Shown here one piece after another: positions 19,980-32,913 of a DNA stretch of 64,000 nucleotides; position 1 is the stretch's first letter, and every line of letters begins with the position of its first letter. Origin of the DNA: Escherichia coli. GTDB lineage: Bacteria > Pseudomonadota > Gammaproteobacteria > Enterobacterales > Enterobacteriaceae. The DNA is taken from NCBI RefSeq assembly GCF_044324875.1, contig NZ_CP172185.1, one strand, 5' to 3'. A model generated the notes under the pieces. That model was not told where the DNA came from. It searched no databases and saw nothing but the letters and a program-made list of their open reading frames with translations. Both the position numbers and the translations under genes were made by a program.

Positions 19980-21215
19980 TTACTTATTCACCACCAGCAA
20001 ATGCGCCTGCATAATGTCGCTGGCCGGACGACCGTGCGCCAGCAAATCAACCATTGCTTTAAGATATGGCGGTAGATGGCGGAAATAACGCTGATACCCG
20101 GCACACAAATAATTCAGCCCGGGTTTGCCGCTGGCATCGAGCATAAAGCGGTGTTTCGGGCAGCCTCCCCAGCACGCTTTTAACACGTTGCAACTGCGAC
20201 ACTGTGCCGGTAACTGCTTGAATTTATCTTCACCAAATGCCTGCTGTTGCGGGGAATCAATCATTTCTGCAATTGTCTGCTGAAGCATATTCCCCAGTCG
20301 ATATTGCGGATAAACATAGTGATCGCAGGCGTAAACGTCGCCGTTGTGTTCAACAATCACCGAGCGCCCACAGGTTGGCTGATGATGGCAAACCGCTCCT
20401 GGCGCACCGACAAAATTGGCAAACGCCCATTCGATATTCATCACGAAAATATTGCCGACGTCGCGTTTGATCCAGTGGTCGAATATCGCCACCAAAAATT
20501 CACCGAACTCCTCGGGGTGTACCGACCATTCCGTCAGTTCGCCCTGAATATCGCCGGGACCATGTAGCTTAAGTCCAGCATGAACAGCCGTTTCATCAGC
20601 CAGGCGTTCGACCACAGGAATAAACTGGATAAACTCAACGCCTGCATCACACAGAAAATCATAGATTTGCAAAGGTTGTAACGCACTGGTGCGATTTACG
20701 CAGACCAGCGCGTTATAGTCGACATGATGTTTTTGCAGGAGCGTCAGGGCACGCATCACCAGCTTATGCGTTGGTCTGCCGCCTTTGGTCACGCGATATT
20801 GATTGTGGATCTCAGCCGGACCATCCAGCGATAACCCAACAAGGAAATGATTTTCTGCCAGAAATGCACACCATTCGTCATCAAGCAGAACGCCGTTAGT
20901 CTGGAAGCTGTTACTTATCTTCCTGCCAGCACCATATTTCGCCTGTAGCGCCACGGCACGGCGGTAAAAATCCAGCCCGAGTAACGTTGGTTCGCCGCCC
21001 TGCCAGGTAAAAGCCACTTCGTTTTGGGTTTCGCTGGCAGCGATATAGTGACGGACATACGCTTCCAGCGTGTCATCGTCCATATGCGTGACTGGCTTTT
21101 CGCGGTAAAGGGATTGTTTTTCGAGATAAAAACAGTAGTCACAGTTCAGATTACAATCGGAACCGCTCGGTTTCGCCATCACATGAAAAGCACGCGTTGG
21201 AACCTGTTGCAGCAT
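19980..21215 (-). CDS. aslB: Anaerobic sulfatase-maturating enzyme homolog (radical SAM)
   Basis: Translation from MLQQVPTRAFHVMAKPSGSDCNLNCDYCFY with the CxxxCxxC radical SAM motif; track ORF extends 10 codons upstream. Confidence 0.85.
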   Translation of the reverse strand: MLQQVPTRAFHVMAKPSGSDCNLNCDYCFYLEKQSLYREKPVTHMDDDTLEAYVRHYIAASETQNEVAFTWQGGEPTLLGLDFYRRAVALQAKYGAGRKISNSFQTNGVLLDDEWCAFLAENHFLVGLSLDGPAEIHNQYRVTKGGRPTHKLVMRALTLLQKHHVDYNALVCVNRTSALQPLQIYDFLCDAGVEFIQFIPVVERLADETAVHAGLKLHGPGDIQGELTEWSVHPEEFGEFLVAIFDHWIKRDVGNIFVMNIEWAFANFVGAPGAVCHHQPTCGRSVIVEHNGDVYACDHYVYPQYRLGNMLQQTIAEMIDSPQQQAFGEDKFKQLPAQCRSCNVLKACWGGCPKHRFMLDASGKPGLNYLCAGYQRYFRHLPPYLKAMVDLLAHGRPASDIMQAHLLVVNK

Positions 21216-21361
21216 GGTCGCTCCTTGCCTGAAGTCATCCTTCAATAAGTTAAGGGCGAAATCATACCGTGGCGCAATGAGTTATTACGGGCGTTTATTG
21301 CGAAGGGAGAGTGACGAAATGCACAGAAAACAAAAAACCCCGCCGAAGCGGGGTTCAAAAT

Positions 21362-21438
21362 TGGTCGGCGAGAGAGGATTCGAACCTCCGACCCACTGGT
21401 CCCAAACCAGTTGCGCTACCAAGCTGCGCTACTCGCCG
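21362..21438 (-). tRNA. proM: tRNA-Pro (anticodon UGG)
   Basis: Reverse complement gives CGGCGAGTAGCGCAGC...anticodon loop with TGG...TTCGAATCC...CCA. Confidence 0.9.
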
Positions 21439-21480
21439 AAATACTGCTTTTTGAATTTTTAGTTCAATTCTTTAAAGTCG

Positions 21481-21567
21481 TGGTGCGAGGGGGGGGACTT
21501 GAACCCCCACGTCCGTAAGGACACTAACACCTGAAGCTAGCGCGTCTACCAATTCCGCCACCTTCGC
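21481..21567 (-). tRNA. leuT: tRNA-Leu (anticodon CAG)
   Basis: 87-nt class II tRNA GCGAAGGTGGCGGAATTGGTAGACGCG...long variable arm...CCA. Confidence 0.9.
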
Positions 21568-21587
21568 ATTGTCACAACTTCTAATAA

Positions 21588-21664
21588 TGGGGTGGCTAAT
21601 GGGATTCGAACCCACGACAACTGGAATCACAATCCAGGGCTCTACCAACTGAGCTATAGCCACC
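21588..21664 (-). tRNA. hisR: tRNA-His (anticodon GUG)
   Basis: GGTGGCTATAGCTCAGTTGGTAGAGC...GTG anticodon...CCA with the extra 5' G. Confidence 0.9.
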
Positions 21665-21721
21665 ACTACAAATCTTGTTACGCGGTATTACTACCACCGC
21701 AGCTCAAGCGCCGGGACTAAA

Positions 21722-21798
<77 letters not shown>

Positions 21799-21900
21799 TT
21801 AGCGCCGTTGCGGGGGTGGATAATACGGACTTCCCACCCCTCTGTCTAGTCCCTTTTTAAATAAATTGCGCGTTTGGTTACGGTTTGTGCGTTTTGCTGC

Positions 21901-23286
21901 TTATTCCTCCAGTTTATGCGCTTTTCCGTGGCGATTAAGCCCAAAAACTTTATAAATCGCCGTCACAGCCAGCATAAAGATGATGCCGACAAACAGCGAC
22001 ATACGCGTATCTTCATTAAAGTACATGCCGATCAAAACGCAAATCAGGAATGCCATTGTTACGTAGTTGGCCCACGGGAACAGGATTGAGCGGAACGGAT
22101 GGCTGGCAATCGCCGCTTTATGCGCACGACGAAAACGCAGCTGGCTTATCAATATCACAAACCATGGCACCATCCCCGGAAGCACGCTGGCACTGTAGAC
22201 GTAGACAAACACACGCTGCGGATTGGGAATGATGTAGTTCAGGCATGAGCCAATTAACAGGATAGCAATAGATACTGCCACACCCGCAACCGGTACGCCG
22301 TGACGGGAAACTTTCGCCATCGCCGTCGGTAACTGACGGTTTTTCGCCAGTGCGTAGAGCATACGTCCGCAACTGTACATGCCGCTGTTACAGCCAGAGA
22401 GCGCAGCCGTCAGCACCACAAAGTTGATAATGCCCGCCGCTGCGGTAATGCCGATTTTGGCGAAAGTCAGTACGAACGGGCTACCGTTGCTGCCTATTTC
22501 ATTCCACGGGAAGATGGTGACGATAACGAAAATCGCGCCTACGTAGAAAATCAGGATACGCCACAGCACTTTGCCTACGGCACTGCGCAGCGTCACCTGC
22601 GGATTCTTCGCTTCACCGGCAGTAATGCCAATCAGCTCCACGCCCTGGTAGGACGCCACCACAATACACAATGCGGTCAGGAACCCTTTCCAGCCACCCG
22701 CAAAGAAACCGCCATGCTCTGTGAGGTTGCTAAAACCAATCGACTGCCCGCCATTGCCAAAGCCAAAGAAAATCACGCCCAGGCCAATGACAATCATCAC
22801 GATAATCGTGGTGACTTTGATCATCGCGAACCAGAACTCGATTTCGCCGTACAACCGCACCGCCGCCAGATTCGCCAACGCCACCAGCGCCACCGCGATC
22901 AATGCGGGTATCCACTGCGCCATCTCCGGGAACCAGAACTGGACATAAACGCCAATGGCGGTGATTTCTGAGATCCCCACCGCCATCCACATAAACCAGT
23001 AAGACCAGGCGGTGAGATAGCCAAAAAACGGGCTCATATAACGATGCGCATAAACGGCGAACGAACCGGTAACCGGTTCGAGGAACAACATTTCGCCCAT
23101 TGAACGCATGATGAAAAAGACGAACAGCCCGGCGATGATATAGGCCAACAATACGGATGGCCCGGCCCATTTCAGGGTACTGGCGGCCCCCATAAACAGG
23201 CCGACGCCAATGGTGCCCCCCAGGGCGATGAGTTCGATATGTCGAGCTTCCAGCCCACGCTGTAGCTCTGGTTTGTTATCTGCCAT
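21901..23286 (-). CDS. yifK: Amino acid permease (APC family) YifK
   Basis: 461-aa polytopic membrane ORF; conserved position between the tRNA operon and the wec cluster. Confidence 0.9.
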   Translation of the reverse strand: MADNKPELQRGLEARHIELIALGGTIGVGLFMGAASTLKWAGPSVLLAYIIAGLFVFFIMRSMGEMLFLEPVTGSFAVYAHRYMSPFFGYLTAWSYWFMWMAVGISEITAIGVYVQFWFPEMAQWIPALIAVALVALANLAAVRLYGEIEFWFAMIKVTTIIVMIVIGLGVIFFGFGNGGQSIGFSNLTEHGGFFAGGWKGFLTALCIVVASYQGVELIGITAGEAKNPQVTLRSAVGKVLWRILIFYVGAIFVIVTIFPWNEIGSNGSPFVLTFAKIGITAAAGIINFVVLTAALSGCNSGMYSCGRMLYALAKNRQLPTAMAKVSRHGVPVAGVAVSIAILLIGSCLNYIIPNPQRVFVYVYSASVLPGMVPWFVILISQLRFRRAHKAAIASHPFRSILFPWANYVTMAFLICVLIGMYFNEDTRMSLFVGIIFMLAVTAIYKVFGLNRHGKAHKLEE

Positions 23287-23433
23287 AAATCCTCGTGTTG
23301 TGTTTGCATGCTTTCCGGTGTTACCGGTTATCGTTATGGGTACATCGAGTGTTGCGAATGTTTTCGTAATTCAGGAGAAATGGCAAATAAAGCATTAAAA
23401 ATTTGAATGCTTTGTGTAATAAAAAAGCAGACA

Positions 23434-23457
23434 GGCGACGGAGTGACCACTCCGTCG
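23434..23457 (-). terminator. Putative terminator hairpin downstream of the wec operon
   Basis: Perfect palindrome gcgacggagtgaccactccgtcgc; the U-tract is not immediately adjacent, so weakly supported. Confidence 0.45.
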
Positions 23458-23476
23458 CTTTACAAAGAGAGGAAAA

Positions 23477-24217
23477 TCAGAGGTTGCCGGTGTAGTGCCA
23501 GCGTAAATAACGCAGCAAACGAAGCTGACGCTTAATGCGGCTCGGCTGCGAAAGCAGGCGGTAGAGCCACTCCAGCCCCAGCGTTTGCCAGATTTTCGGT
23601 GCGCGTTTTACGTGACCGGTGAAAACATCGTAAGTCCCGCCAACGCCCATATACAGCGCATCCGGATGCACCAGACGGCAGTCGCGCATGAAGATCTCCT
23701 GCTTTGGCGATCCCATCGCAACGGTGACGATTTGCGCTCCGCTGGCATGAATGCGTTCAAACAGCATCTGACGCTGCTCGGGTTTAAAATAACCATCCTG
23801 ACTGCCAACGATATTCACATTCCACTGGTTGCGTAGTTTAGCTTCAGTTTGCGCCAGCACTTCAGGTTTACCGCCCACCAGAAATACCGGCGTCCCTTCT
23901 TTGCCTGCGCGCGCCATCAGCTCTTCCCAGAGATCGGCCCCGGCAACGCGGGAAACCTGCGCCTGCGGGTACTTTTTACGTACTGAACGTACAACGCTGA
24001 TACCATCCGCATATTTAAATTCGGCAGCGTTAATTAACTCCCTGACCTCGGCGTTATCTTCAATGGTCAGCATTTTTTCAGCATTAATGGCAACCAGCGT
24101 TCCCTGCTTAAGCTGCCCGTCAGCGAACAGATAATCGAGGGCGTGCTGCATATCACGCCAACCGATCAACTGTAAGCCACGCAGCGTATAGGTCGGTGCC
24201 GTGGTGTTGTTATTCAT
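23477..24217 (-). CDS. wecG: UDP-N-acetyl-D-mannosaminuronic acid transferase
   Basis: 246-aa ORF, last gene of the wec operon; matches WecG/RffM. Confidence 0.9.
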   Translation of the reverse strand: MNNNTTAPTYTLRGLQLIGWRDMQHALDYLFADGQLKQGTLVAINAEKMLTIEDNAEVRELINAAEFKYADGISVVRSVRKKYPQAQVSRVAGADLWEELMARAGKEGTPVFLVGGKPEVLAQTEAKLRNQWNVNIVGSQDGYFKPEQRQMLFERIHASGAQIVTVAMGSPKQEIFMRDCRLVHPDALYMGVGGTYDVFTGHVKRAPKIWQTLGLEWLYRLLSQPSRIKRQLRLLRYLRWHYTGNL

Positions 24218-24219
24218 TG

Positions 24220-25572
24220 TTATCCTTCAACCTGCGTCCGGAGCGATGATTTTGTTCGTTTATGAATGAGTCCGGCGCTTTCAAAAAGCCAGTACAACAG
24301 TTTTGCGATCATCAGACATGCGCCGAAGACCACGATAAAAAAGACTACGCGTGAGACAAACGAATCCAGCCCTTCACGTGCCAGCACGATCATATTGAAG
24401 ATCGCCCCGAAGCAGAAACTGTGCAATATCGCAGCCTTATAGCGATTAGTCTCGCGGTTGCCCAGCTCATACAGCCAGTCGAACCATTTGATGATCAGGC
24501 CAACCACAATCGCCCCGAGCGGGATGAACAACGCGCCGCCCATCACCACCAGTGAGCCTATAAGCGTAGGCGAGATCGCCAGCCCGGAGTGGTTATTCAG
24601 CACTTCCCACGTAAAGTAGTTGGCGGAGTTCAGTACCATACTCGGGCGACCCGGCCACAGCCAGGAAGGGATAAAGACATAGAAATCGCGGACAATGGGA
24701 GCCAGCCCCTGGAAGTCGATGTTGTCGTAGTTCTGCAACAGCAATGCCAGATTCTCCCACGGCGAAAAGGTATCGCGGGTGAGATAGAGAAACGTATAGA
24801 ACGCTTCATCACCGCTCACATTCATTCCATAGCGTTTTAGCGCCAGCCAGAACATGCCCACAATCCCCAGCACGCCCGCCGCCGCCAGCATCCACAACGA
24901 AATCCAGCCGCGAATAATGCCAATAAACAGGAAGATAGCGAATGCGATGATGATATTGGCGCGAGTGCCGCCGACAATCATATAAGTCAGCAAGCCAAAA
25001 GCGACCGTGCTGACGAGGAAAAACAGCCACGCTTTGCTGTCCTGGCGCAGAAAGTAGACCACCAGCATCGCCGGGATGAAAAAGTAAAAGAAGCGTTTTA
25101 ACGCCACGCCAGAGACTTCACTGGAGAAGATCTGACTGTAGGAGTTAAGCCGGAACAGCAAAAAGCCGTTGTGCATGAAGAAGATGCCGACGCTTACCAG
25201 CGCAATGCCCATCAGGATCACCCACGTGAGATTGGTCTCCACGCGGTTCATGGTAAACAGCGGACGGCGCGGTACATCAGCAACGCGTTTGCGTAGGCGG
25301 GTTTTGTAGGTGACGTAGTAAACCGCGTAGAAGCAGCCCGCAGAAAGCAACGCCTGCAACAAGATTTCTGGCGGCGCGACACCAACATCAAAGCGAAATA
25401 CCAGCACGCTGGTCAGCGGGAAGCCGAAGAAAAAGGTGAGCAAAAACAGCAATGAAAAGAAGACATTGAAGTTAAAACGCACACGGCGAAACTCAAACCA
25501 GGTCAGCGTGGCAATAAACAGCGTGCAGAGCAGCCAGACAATAAACAGGCCACTGAATTGCAGCAGACTCAT
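24220..25572 (-). CDS. wzyE: ECA polysaccharide polymerase
   Basis: 450-aa polytopic membrane ORF in the conserved wec order. Confidence 0.9.
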   Translation of the reverse strand: MSLLQFSGLFIVWLLCTLFIATLTWFEFRRVRFNFNVFFSLLFLLTFFFGFPLTSVLVFRFDVGVAPPEILLQALLSAGCFYAVYYVTYKTRLRKRVADVPRRPLFTMNRVETNLTWVILMGIALVSVGIFFMHNGFLLFRLNSYSQIFSSEVSGVALKRFFYFFIPAMLVVYFLRQDSKAWLFFLVSTVAFGLLTYMIVGGTRANIIIAFAIFLFIGIIRGWISLWMLAAAGVLGIVGMFWLALKRYGMNVSGDEAFYTFLYLTRDTFSPWENLALLLQNYDNIDFQGLAPIVRDFYVFIPSWLWPGRPSMVLNSANYFTWEVLNNHSGLAISPTLIGSLVVMGGALFIPLGAIVVGLIIKWFDWLYELGNRETNRYKAAILHSFCFGAIFNMIVLAREGLDSFVSRVVFFIVVFGACLMIAKLLYWLFESAGLIHKRTKSSLRTQVEG

Positions 25573-26648
25573 GCAACCTCCCCGGCGGCAATAGCCAACG
25601 CCCGCTGCCAGCCTTGCAGATAGTTCGGGCTAAAGAAGGCAATGGTGTTTTTATCCACCGACGCCAACTGGCGCTGCGCTTCACGCACAATATCCTCGTT
25701 GAGATCGTCGGTAGTAAACAGCACCGGCAAATGCTGTTCCGTCATATCCTGCCAGAACGGATTTTCCCGGTTAAGCACACAAGGAATGCCCGCCTGAATC
25801 AGTAAGCACAGCGTACCAATGCCCTGCTGGCGGGCAAAAATAAAGTAACCAAGATCGCACTGACGAAGTAGCGTCAGATAGGCGTCAAATTCCAGTTTTT
25901 CGCTCAGAACTTGCAGATTTTCTTCGCTGAATAACTCCAGCCCCGCCTGACGAACTTCCTCGATGTACGCTTCGTTATTAGGCGGATATCCCATCGGCAC
26001 CACCACTTTTACCGTATCGCCAAATTGCTGATGAACGGCGCGCAAGGCAGCAATATGCTCATTGCTGCGGTCGCCGGAGTTGCCCACCAGAATGGTCATT
26101 TTCCCTTCACGTTGCCGATCGTTCGCCATCGTATTGAGAGAAGGGTCCATCCGCGTCGGGAAGTACAGCAGTTCGCCCCGCACCTTTGGGTGCGTTTTGG
26201 CAAAAAAGCTCAAATCGCCGCGGGTGGCAAACACACAGCCGACTCGCTTTTGCGCCAGGCGACGTAGCGGGTAAAAAAGCTTATATCTCAAGCCACTGGA
26301 AAGCTCATACAGATCTGCTCCCCAGATATGCCAGTAAAACTGGCTGGGCTTAATGCCACCACTCAGCAGAGCCAGCCACAGTGTGGGATTGAACTGACCG
26401 TGGAAGAAAAATCGCTGCTGACGGTTAGCTTTTGCTTTCGCGATGACCGCTTCCGCCAGCGATTTTTTCCCAGGGAAAAATTGCACAGAAAGCGCCGGAC
26501 AGCTATCACTTAAGCCGTCGTCCTTGCCAACAACCATAAACTCGCGCGCGTGCTCGCTCGTCGCGGCCAGCGCGTCGTTGAAAAACCGCAAAACGGTTCG
26601 GTTATGGTGAGGGATATCCGATCCCAGTACGTGAATCAGTACAGTCAT
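25569..26648 (-). CDS. wecF: TDP-Fuc4NAc:lipid II Fuc4NAc transferase
   Basis: 359-aa ORF; conserved position in the wec operon. Confidence 0.9.
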   Translation of the reverse strand: MTVLIHVLGSDIPHHNRTVLRFFNDALAATSEHAREFMVVGKDDGLSDSCPALSVQFFPGKKSLAEAVIAKAKANRQQRFFFHGQFNPTLWLALLSGGIKPSQFYWHIWGADLYELSSGLRYKLFYPLRRLAQKRVGCVFATRGDLSFFAKTHPKVRGELLYFPTRMDPSLNTMANDRQREGKMTILVGNSGDRSNEHIAALRAVHQQFGDTVKVVVPMGYPPNNEAYIEEVRQAGLELFSEENLQVLSEKLEFDAYLTLLRQCDLGYFIFARQQGIGTLCLLIQAGIPCVLNRENPFWQDMTEQHLPVLFTTDDLNEDIVREAQRQLASVDKNTIAFFSPNYLQGWQRALAIAAGEVA

Positions 26649-27895
26649 GCCCGCCTACGCCAGAGTAAAAACACGCCACAACAAAGAGAAAAATAGACGA
26701 TATAGGTTGCCATATAGGCCTGCGCCGCGCCCAGTGCGCCATGCGCAGGGATTAGCCAGTGGGCAAATACCATCAATAAAGTGAACTGGCTGACTTCCGC
26801 CAGAATATAAAACCGCAGTGACGCTTTGGCGATCACCAGATAACCAAAGACATAAGCGCCCACTTTTAACACATCACCCACCAACTGCCAGGCAAAGAGA
26901 TCGCGCATAGCGGTAAATTTATTCGACAACAGCAGCCAGATAGCAAAATCACGCAGCAACCAGACGGTAAAACTCGCCGCCGCCACTGCCGGTAAGACGA
27001 ATTTCAGCGATTTAACTACTTCCCGGGTGATATCGCGCTTTTCCGTTAGCCGCGACAACGTGGGCAGCAAATATACGCTGAACGATGCCGTAATAAATTG
27101 CAGGTAGGCATCGGAAATACTGCTCACCCCTTGCCAGATCCCCACTTCATCCCAGCTATACTGCGCCGCCAGCAGTTTACGCATCATGATGTAAGCAACA
27201 GGCAAGGTCACCGACGTAATCAACGCCATGAGCGTAAATTTGCTCAACTGCCCTGCCAGACCGTTATCCCAGCTGGGTTTCAGATAGCTTAACGGGATGA
27301 CACCTCGTTTGATCAACATGATGGCGGCAGGAATCACCACCAGCGCGGGAATCAGCGCCAGACCCAGCAACGCCCCTTCATAACCGCCCAAACGGTAACT
27401 GACGTAGTACGCGAGAACGCCAATCAAGCTGCCGACAATCAGCGATAACGCATTACCTGCGGCATCGCGAAAGCCTTTCATCAGCGCCAGTAACAGGTTG
27501 CCCCAGGCGATCCCCATTTGCACCAGCGCCACTAAACGCACCAGCCCCTGATAGTCGGTATTACCAAACAATCCCTGGCTGATTGGCGCAGCTGCCAGCA
27601 CAAAAACCAGCGCCATCAGCGTAGAGAAGCCAAGTACCATCGCTGATGAAGTGCCGACCACGCGGCGCAGCTGTTGCGGATTATCATGGTACTGGGCAAC
27701 GTATTTAGTTACGCCGTTAAAGATGCCAGCCCCGGCAAGCACGCCGAGCACGGTAATCAACTGGCGGAAATTTGCCGCCAGCCCAAGCCCCGCCGGACCA
27801 AATGACACCGCCAGCAACTTACCGACCAGTAACCCGGCACCAATCTTGACCAGTGTACTGGCCGCCGTCCACAAGGACGCTTTTGCCAACGACAT
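26645..27895 (-). CDS. wzxE: ECA lipid III flippase
   Basis: 416-aa multi-TM ORF; conserved position. Confidence 0.9.
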   Translation of the reverse strand: MSLAKASLWTAASTLVKIGAGLLVGKLLAVSFGPAGLGLAANFRQLITVLGVLAGAGIFNGVTKYVAQYHDNPQQLRRVVGTSSAMVLGFSTLMALVFVLAAAPISQGLFGNTDYQGLVRLVALVQMGIAWGNLLLALMKGFRDAAGNALSLIVGSLIGVLAYYVSYRLGGYEGALLGLALIPALVVIPAAIMLIKRGVIPLSYLKPSWDNGLAGQLSKFTLMALITSVTLPVAYIMMRKLLAAQYSWDEVGIWQGVSSISDAYLQFITASFSVYLLPTLSRLTEKRDITREVVKSLKFVLPAVAAASFTVWLLRDFAIWLLLSNKFTAMRDLFAWQLVGDVLKVGAYVFGYLVIAKASLRFYILAEVSQFTLLMVFAHWLIPAHGALGAAQAYMATYIVYFSLCCGVFLLWRRRA

Positions 27896-27896
27896 A

Positions 27897-29027
27897 TCAG
27901 GAGAAGTAGTTCAACAAAGTCGCAATTACCGTACGCTGATTGACGGGCGACAGGTTGTAGAACAGCGGCAGGCGCAGCAGGCGCTCGCTCTCTTTGGTGG
28001 TGTAGCGATCTTCACCGTGGAACTCACCAAAGCGTTCCCCCGCAGGGCAACCGTGCAGCGGAATGTAATGGAACACCGCCATGATTTCCGCTTCTTTCAG
28101 AAAGTTAATCAACGCGCTCCGGTCATCAATATCCCGCAGTTTAATGTAGAACATATGCGCGTTCTGCACGCAGCCATCGGGAATCGACGGCAGCTCGATA
28201 CGCCCGGCTTTCGCCAGAGGTGCTAACGCATCGTAGTAGTTTTGCCACAGCGCCAGACGTTGCTGATTGATACGATCCGCTGCTTCCAGTTGCGCCCACA
28301 GGTACGCAGCTTGCAGATCGGACATCAAATAGCTGGAGCCAATATCGCGCCAGGTATATTTATCGACCTGACCACGGAAGAACTGGCTGCGGTTAGTGCC
28401 TTTTTCACGGATGATCTCGGCGCGTTCGATTAACGCTTTATCGTTAATCAGCGTCGCGCCGCCTTCACCGCCCGCCGTGTAGTTTTTGGTTTCATGGAAG
28501 CTAAAGCAGCCAATATGACCAATGGTTCCCAGCGCACGCCCTTTGTAAGTGGACATCACGCCCTGAGCGGCATCTTCCACCACAAACAGATTATGCTTTT
28601 TCGCCAACGCCATAATGGTGTCCATTTCGCAGGCCACACCCGCGTAATGGACCGGCACGATAACGCGCGTTTTGTCGGTGATCGCTGCTTCAATCAACGT
28701 TTCGTCGATGTTCATGGTGTCCGGGCGAACATCCACAAAAACGATTTTTGCGCCACGCAGCACAAAGGCATTGGCGGTGGAGACAAAGGTGTAGCTCGGC
28801 ATGATCACTTCATCGCCAGGCTGGATATCGAGCAGCAGCGCCGCCATCTCCAGCGAAGCGGTGCAGGATGGCGTCAGTAACACTTTGGCGCTGCCAAAAC
28901 GTTGCTCCAGCCACTGCTGGCAGCGACGGGTAAAACCGCCATCGCCACACAGTTTGCCACTACCCATTGCCGACTGCATATAGTCGAGTTCGGTTCCCAC
29001 CACCGGCGGTGCGTTAAATGGAATCAT
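27897..29027 (-). CDS. wecE: dTDP-4-amino-4,6-dideoxygalactose transaminase
   Basis: 376-aa DegT/aminotransferase-like ORF. Confidence 0.9.
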   Translation of the reverse strand: MIPFNAPPVVGTELDYMQSAMGSGKLCGDGGFTRRCQQWLEQRFGSAKVLLTPSCTASLEMAALLLDIQPGDEVIMPSYTFVSTANAFVLRGAKIVFVDVRPDTMNIDETLIEAAITDKTRVIVPVHYAGVACEMDTIMALAKKHNLFVVEDAAQGVMSTYKGRALGTIGHIGCFSFHETKNYTAGGEGGATLINDKALIERAEIIREKGTNRSQFFRGQVDKYTWRDIGSSYLMSDLQAAYLWAQLEAADRINQQRLALWQNYYDALAPLAKAGRIELPSIPDGCVQNAHMFYIKLRDIDDRSALINFLKEAEIMAVFHYIPLHGCPAGERFGEFHGEDRYTTKESERLLRLPLFYNLSPVNQRTVIATLLNYFS

Positions 29028-29031
29028 GTGA

Positions 29032-29706
29032 TCACCTGTATAACCAGTACGCGGTGCTTTCTACATTCGCACCACTTTGTATGTATCGTTTTAGCGCGGC
29101 GGTGTTGCCCATTTGGGTCGCCACCCGCAAAGTTGTTTTACCGCGAGCATACGCCCAGTTTAGCGCCGTTTGCATCAGCTCAGCACCTGCACCTCGTCCA
29201 GCCAGCAGGCCAATTCGCGCATCTGTCGCATTGAGTTCCCGTAAAGAGACATAGCCGCGAATATCGCCGGACGCCGCACGTAAAATCAGACATTGATGAT
29301 CAAAGGTGCCGCGCACGGCATTTTCAATCCACTGTGCATAAAAGCGTCCGCTGGCGTCAGGCGCATACCACGGCGCACGAAAACGGCTTTGCGCAAATGC
29401 GGCGCTGGCTAACTGACGTAATGCGGGAATATCGGTCTCTTGTGCCACTACAGCACCACTATCACTGACATTGTTCACGGGTAGCGCCAAATCAACTTCA
29501 CCTTCTACCAGGGAGAATCCCAGCTGTTGCAGGGCATCCAGTTCACCCGTATTTGATGCCGCAATTTTGGCCTGTACCCGTGACCACGGCGCTAAGGCGT
29601 CTGACGTCAGGAGCGGTGCTTCAGGCGTGATGCGCACGATGGCGCTGTTAACACCAAAGAAGGCGTTTTCCCAGGTTAGTGGCTCAATACTGGCGCGGAC
29701 GGGCAC
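29032..29706 (-). CDS. wecD: dTDP-fucosamine acetyltransferase
   Basis: 224-aa GNAT-like ORF; start overlaps the end of rffH. Confidence 0.85.
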   Translation of the reverse strand: MPVRASIEPLTWENAFFGVNSAIVRITPEAPLLTSDALAPWSRVQAKIAASNTGELDALQQLGFSLVEGEVDLALPVNNVSDSGAVVAQETDIPALRQLASAAFAQSRFRAPWYAPDASGRFYAQWIENAVRGTFDHQCLILRAASGDIRGYVSLRELNATDARIGLLAGRGAGAELMQTALNWAYARGKTTLRVATQMGNTAALKRYIQSGANVESTAYWLYR

Positions 29707-30565
29707 GGAGTAACTCCAGCAGATATTGGCCGTAGCCAGTTTTCGCTAATGAACTGGCAGCACGCTTCACACCCTCGTCATCGAGCCAGCCGTTACGCCA
29801 GGCGATCTCTTCCAGGCAGGCAATCTTAAAGCCCTGGCGTTTTTCCACCGTCTGTACAAAGGTGCTGGCTTCAATCAGGCTGTCGTGAGTGCCAGTGTCC
29901 AGCCAGGCAAATCCGCGCCCGAGCAGTTCAACGGTCAGGTTGCCCGCCTCGAGGTACATCTGGTTGATGGAGGTAATCTCCAGTTCACCACGCTCCGACG
30001 GCTTCACCTGCTTTGCGTACTCCACGACTTTACTGTCGTAGAAATAAAGTCCGGTCACCGCCCAGTTTGACTTCGGCTGTTTTGGCTTTTCTTCCAGCGA
30101 GATCGCACGGAAATTGTCGTCAAACTCCACCACGCCAAAGCGTTCCGGATCCATTACCTGATAGCCAAATACCGTCGCCCCTTCCGTGCGCGCCGCAACA
30201 TGACGCAGCTTCGGACTGAAGCCCTGACCGAAGAAAATGTTATCGCCCAGCACCAGACAAGAAGGTTCACCGTTGAGGAAGGTTTCACCGATGATAAAGG
30301 CCTGCGCCAGACCGTCCGGGCTGGGCTGTTCGGCATATTCCAGCTGGATACCGAACTCACTACCATCGCCCAGCAGGCGCTGGAAATAACCTTTATCTTC
30401 CGGCGTAGTGATGATGAGAATTTCGCGGATACCGGCCAGCATCAGCACCGACAGCGGATAGTAAATCATTGGCTTATCGTAAATCGGCAACAGTTGCTTC
30501 GATACGCCGCGCGTAATCGGATGCAATCGGGTGCCGGAACCGCCCGCCAGGATAATACCTTTCAT
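29684..30565 (-). CDS. rffH: Glucose-1-phosphate thymidylyltransferase
   Basis: 293-aa ORF beginning [14 protein letters not shown] (nucleotidyltransferase motif). Confidence 0.9.
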   Translation of the reverse strand: MKGIILAGGSGTRLHPITRGVSKQLLPIYDKPMIYYPLSVLMLAGIREILIITTPEDKGYFQRLLGDGSEFGIQLEYAEQPSPDGLAQAFIIGETFLNGEPSCLVLGDNIFFGQGFSPKLRHVAARTEGATVFGYQVMDPERFGVVEFDDNFRAISLEEKPKQPKSNWAVTGLYFYDSKVVEYAKQVKPSERGELEITSINQMYLEAGNLTVELLGRGFAWLDTGTHDSLIEASTFVQTVEKRQGFKIACLEEIAWRNGWLDDEGVKRAASSLAKTGYGQYLLELLRARPRQY

Positions 30566-30583
30566 GTTTGCCTCCGCTGAAAA

Positions 30584-31651
30584 TTAGCCTTTCAGACCTA
30601 AACGCTCGCCCTGATAGCTGCCGTCCTGCACCTGCTTCCACCAGCTTTCATTAGCCAGATACCACTGCACCGTTTTACGCATTCCACTTTCAAAGGTTTC
30701 CTGCGGCAGCCAGCCAAGTTCATGGGCAATTTTCGAAGCATCAATGGCATAACGCAGATCATGCCCCGGACGGTCAGCGACAAAGGTGATCAGGTCATGA
30801 TAGTGCGCCACGCCGTGCGGCTTGTTTGGAGCCAGTTCTTCCAGCAGCTCGCAAATGGTTTCCACAACATCGAGATTCTTACGCTCGTTGTGACCACCAA
30901 TATTATAGGTTTCACCGACTTTCCCGGTGGTCGCCACGCAATACAGCGCGCGGGCGTGATCTTCCACATACAGCCAGTCACGGATTTGCTGCCCGTTGCC
31001 ATATACCGGCAGCGGTTTACCCGCCAGCGCGTTGAGGATCATCAGCGGGATCAGTTTTTCCGGAAAGTGGTAAGGACCGTAGTTATTCGAGCAGTTGGTG
31101 ATAAGCGTCGGCAGACCATAGGTCCGCAGCCAGGCGCGCACCAGGTGGTCGCTGCTGGCTTTTGAAGCGGAATAGGGGCTGCTCGGCGCATACGGCGTGG
31201 TTTCGGTGAAGAAATCATCCGTCGAGTGCAGGTCACCATATACTTCGTCAGTGGAGATGTGATGAAAACGGAACGCTGATTTTTTATCTTCCGTCAGCGC
31301 ATTCCAGTAAGCCCGCGCCGCTTCAAGCAATGTATAAGTCCCGACAATGTTGGTTTCAATAAACGCTGCCGGGCCGTCAATAGAACGGTCAACATGGCTT
31401 TCGGCTGCCAGATGCATGACACAGTCTGGCTGATGCTCAGTGAATACGCGCGCCAGTTCTGCCCGATCGCAGATATCAACTTTCTCAAAGGCAAAGCGCT
31501 CGCTTTGCGCGACCGGTGCCAGCGACATCAGATTTCCGGCGTAGGTCAGCTTATCGACCACTACCACCGCGTCGCTCGTTTCGTTGATGATATAACGCAC
31601 CAGCGCCGAGCCAATAAACCCGGCACCACCTGTTATCAGAATCTTTCTCAT
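30584..31651 (-). CDS. rffG: dTDP-glucose 4,6-dehydratase
   Basis: Translation from [15 protein letters not shown] (Rossmann motif); ATGA overlap with wecC. Confidence 0.9.
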   Translation of the reverse strand: MRKILITGGAGFIGSALVRYIINETSDAVVVVDKLTYAGNLMSLAPVAQSERFAFEKVDICDRAELARVFTEHQPDCVMHLAAESHVDRSIDGPAAFIETNIVGTYTLLEAARAYWNALTEDKKSAFRFHHISTDEVYGDLHSTDDFFTETTPYAPSSPYSASKASSDHLVRAWLRTYGLPTLITNCSNNYGPYHFPEKLIPLMILNALAGKPLPVYGNGQQIRDWLYVEDHARALYCVATTGKVGETYNIGGHNERKNLDVVETICELLEELAPNKPHGVAHYHDLITFVADRPGHDLRYAIDASKIAHELGWLPQETFESGMRKTVQWYLANESWWKQVQDGSYQGERLGLKG

Positions 31652-32913
31652 CAGCGCCAAACTCCTTTGGCATCGACGACATACTGCTGATGGACATTGT
31701 CGCCATTGATAACTTTGAACTGACTATGATCGACCAACATCACCAGCACATCTGCCGTTGCCAGCGCCTCGTCAAGCTGCGCCAGAGTACAAAGCCCGGT
31801 CAGTTTCTTCGGCAACTGGTGGATGTTAGGCTCAACAACCAGCGTTTCGCCGCTGTGCCACTGGGCGATCAGTTCAGCGATTTCCATCGCCGGGCTTTCG
31901 CGCAGGTCATCAATATTCGGTTTAAACGCCAGACCAAAGCAGGCGATTTTCAGTTCGCTGGCGCGTTTATCGGTAGCCGCCAGGCAATCAGCCACCGCCG
32001 CTTTCACCTGATCGATAACCCAGAACGGTTTGTGATCGTTCACTTCGCGCGCGGTGCGGATAAGCCGCGCCTGCTGCGGGTTCTGTGCCACAATAAACCA
32101 CGGATCAACAGCGATGCAGTGACCGCCCACGCCAGGGCCAGGCTGAAGAATATTGACGCGAGGGTGACGATTCGCCAGGCGAATCAGTTCCCAGACGTTA
32201 ATCCCCTGATCGGCACAAATCAGCGACAATTCATTAGCAAAAGCGATATTCACATCGCGGAAGCTGTTTTCGGTGAGCTTACACATTTCCGCCGTCCGCG
32301 AGTTAGTGACGACACACTCACCTTCGAGGAAAATCTTGTACAGTTCGCTGGCGCGGGCCGAGCAAACCGGCGTCATGCCGCCAATCACGCGATCGTTTTT
32401 AATCAGCTCGACCATAACCTGGCCCGGTAACACGCGTTCCGGGCAGTATGCAATGTTGACGTCCGCCAACTCGCCCACCTGCTGTGGGAAAGTGAGATCT
32501 GGACGCATCTCTGCTAACCATTCTGCCATCTTCTCGGTTGACCCCACCGGCGAGGTGGATTCAAGGATCACCAGCGCGCCTTTTTTCAGCACTGGCGCAA
32601 TGGAGCGAGCAGCCGATTCAACGTAGGTCATATCTGGCTCATGATCGCCTTTAAACGGCGTGGGTACAGCAATCAGCCAGGCATCCGCTTCAACTGGCGT
32701 CGTGCTCGCTCGTAAAAAACCGCCTTCTACGGCAGTTTTTACTACGCTCGCCAAATCAGGTTCGACGATATGGATTTCGCCACGATTGATGGTATCAACC
32801 GCATGTTGGTTGATATCGACACCAATCACCTGTTTTTGCCGAGAGGCAAACGCAGCTGCTGTAGGCAGCCCGATGTAACCCAGTCCGATAACAGAAATGG
32901 TCGCAAAACTCAT
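31651..32913 (-). CDS. wecC: UDP-N-acetyl-D-mannosamine dehydrogenase
   Basis: 420-aa ORF beginning [20 protein letters not shown]. Confidence 0.9.
   Translation of the reverse strand: MSFATISVIGLGYIGLPTAAAFASRQKQVIGVDINQHAVDTINRGEIHIVEPDLASVVKTAVEGGFLRASTTPVEADAWLIAVPTPFKGDHEPDMTYVESAARSIAPVLKKGALVILESTSPVGSTEKMAEWLAEMRPDLTFPQQVGELADVNIAYCPERVLPGQVMVELIKNDRVIGGMTPVCSARASELYKIFLEGECVVTNSRTAEMCKLTENSFRDVNIAFANELSLICADQGINVWELIRLANRHPRVNILQPGPGVGGHCIAVDPWFIVAQNPQQARLIRTAREVNDHKPFWVIDQVKAAVADCLAATDKRASELKIACFGLAFKPNIDDLRESPAMEIAELIAQWHSGETLVVEPNIHQLPKKLTGLCTLAQLDEALATADVLVMLVDHSQFKVINGDNVHQQYVVDAKGVWR

Noticed and set aside
29684-29706. 23-bp overlap between wecD and rffH reading frames
   Set aside because: Could reflect an over-extended wecD start rather than a true overlap; the wec cluster is otherwise canonical, so this was not treated as a finding.
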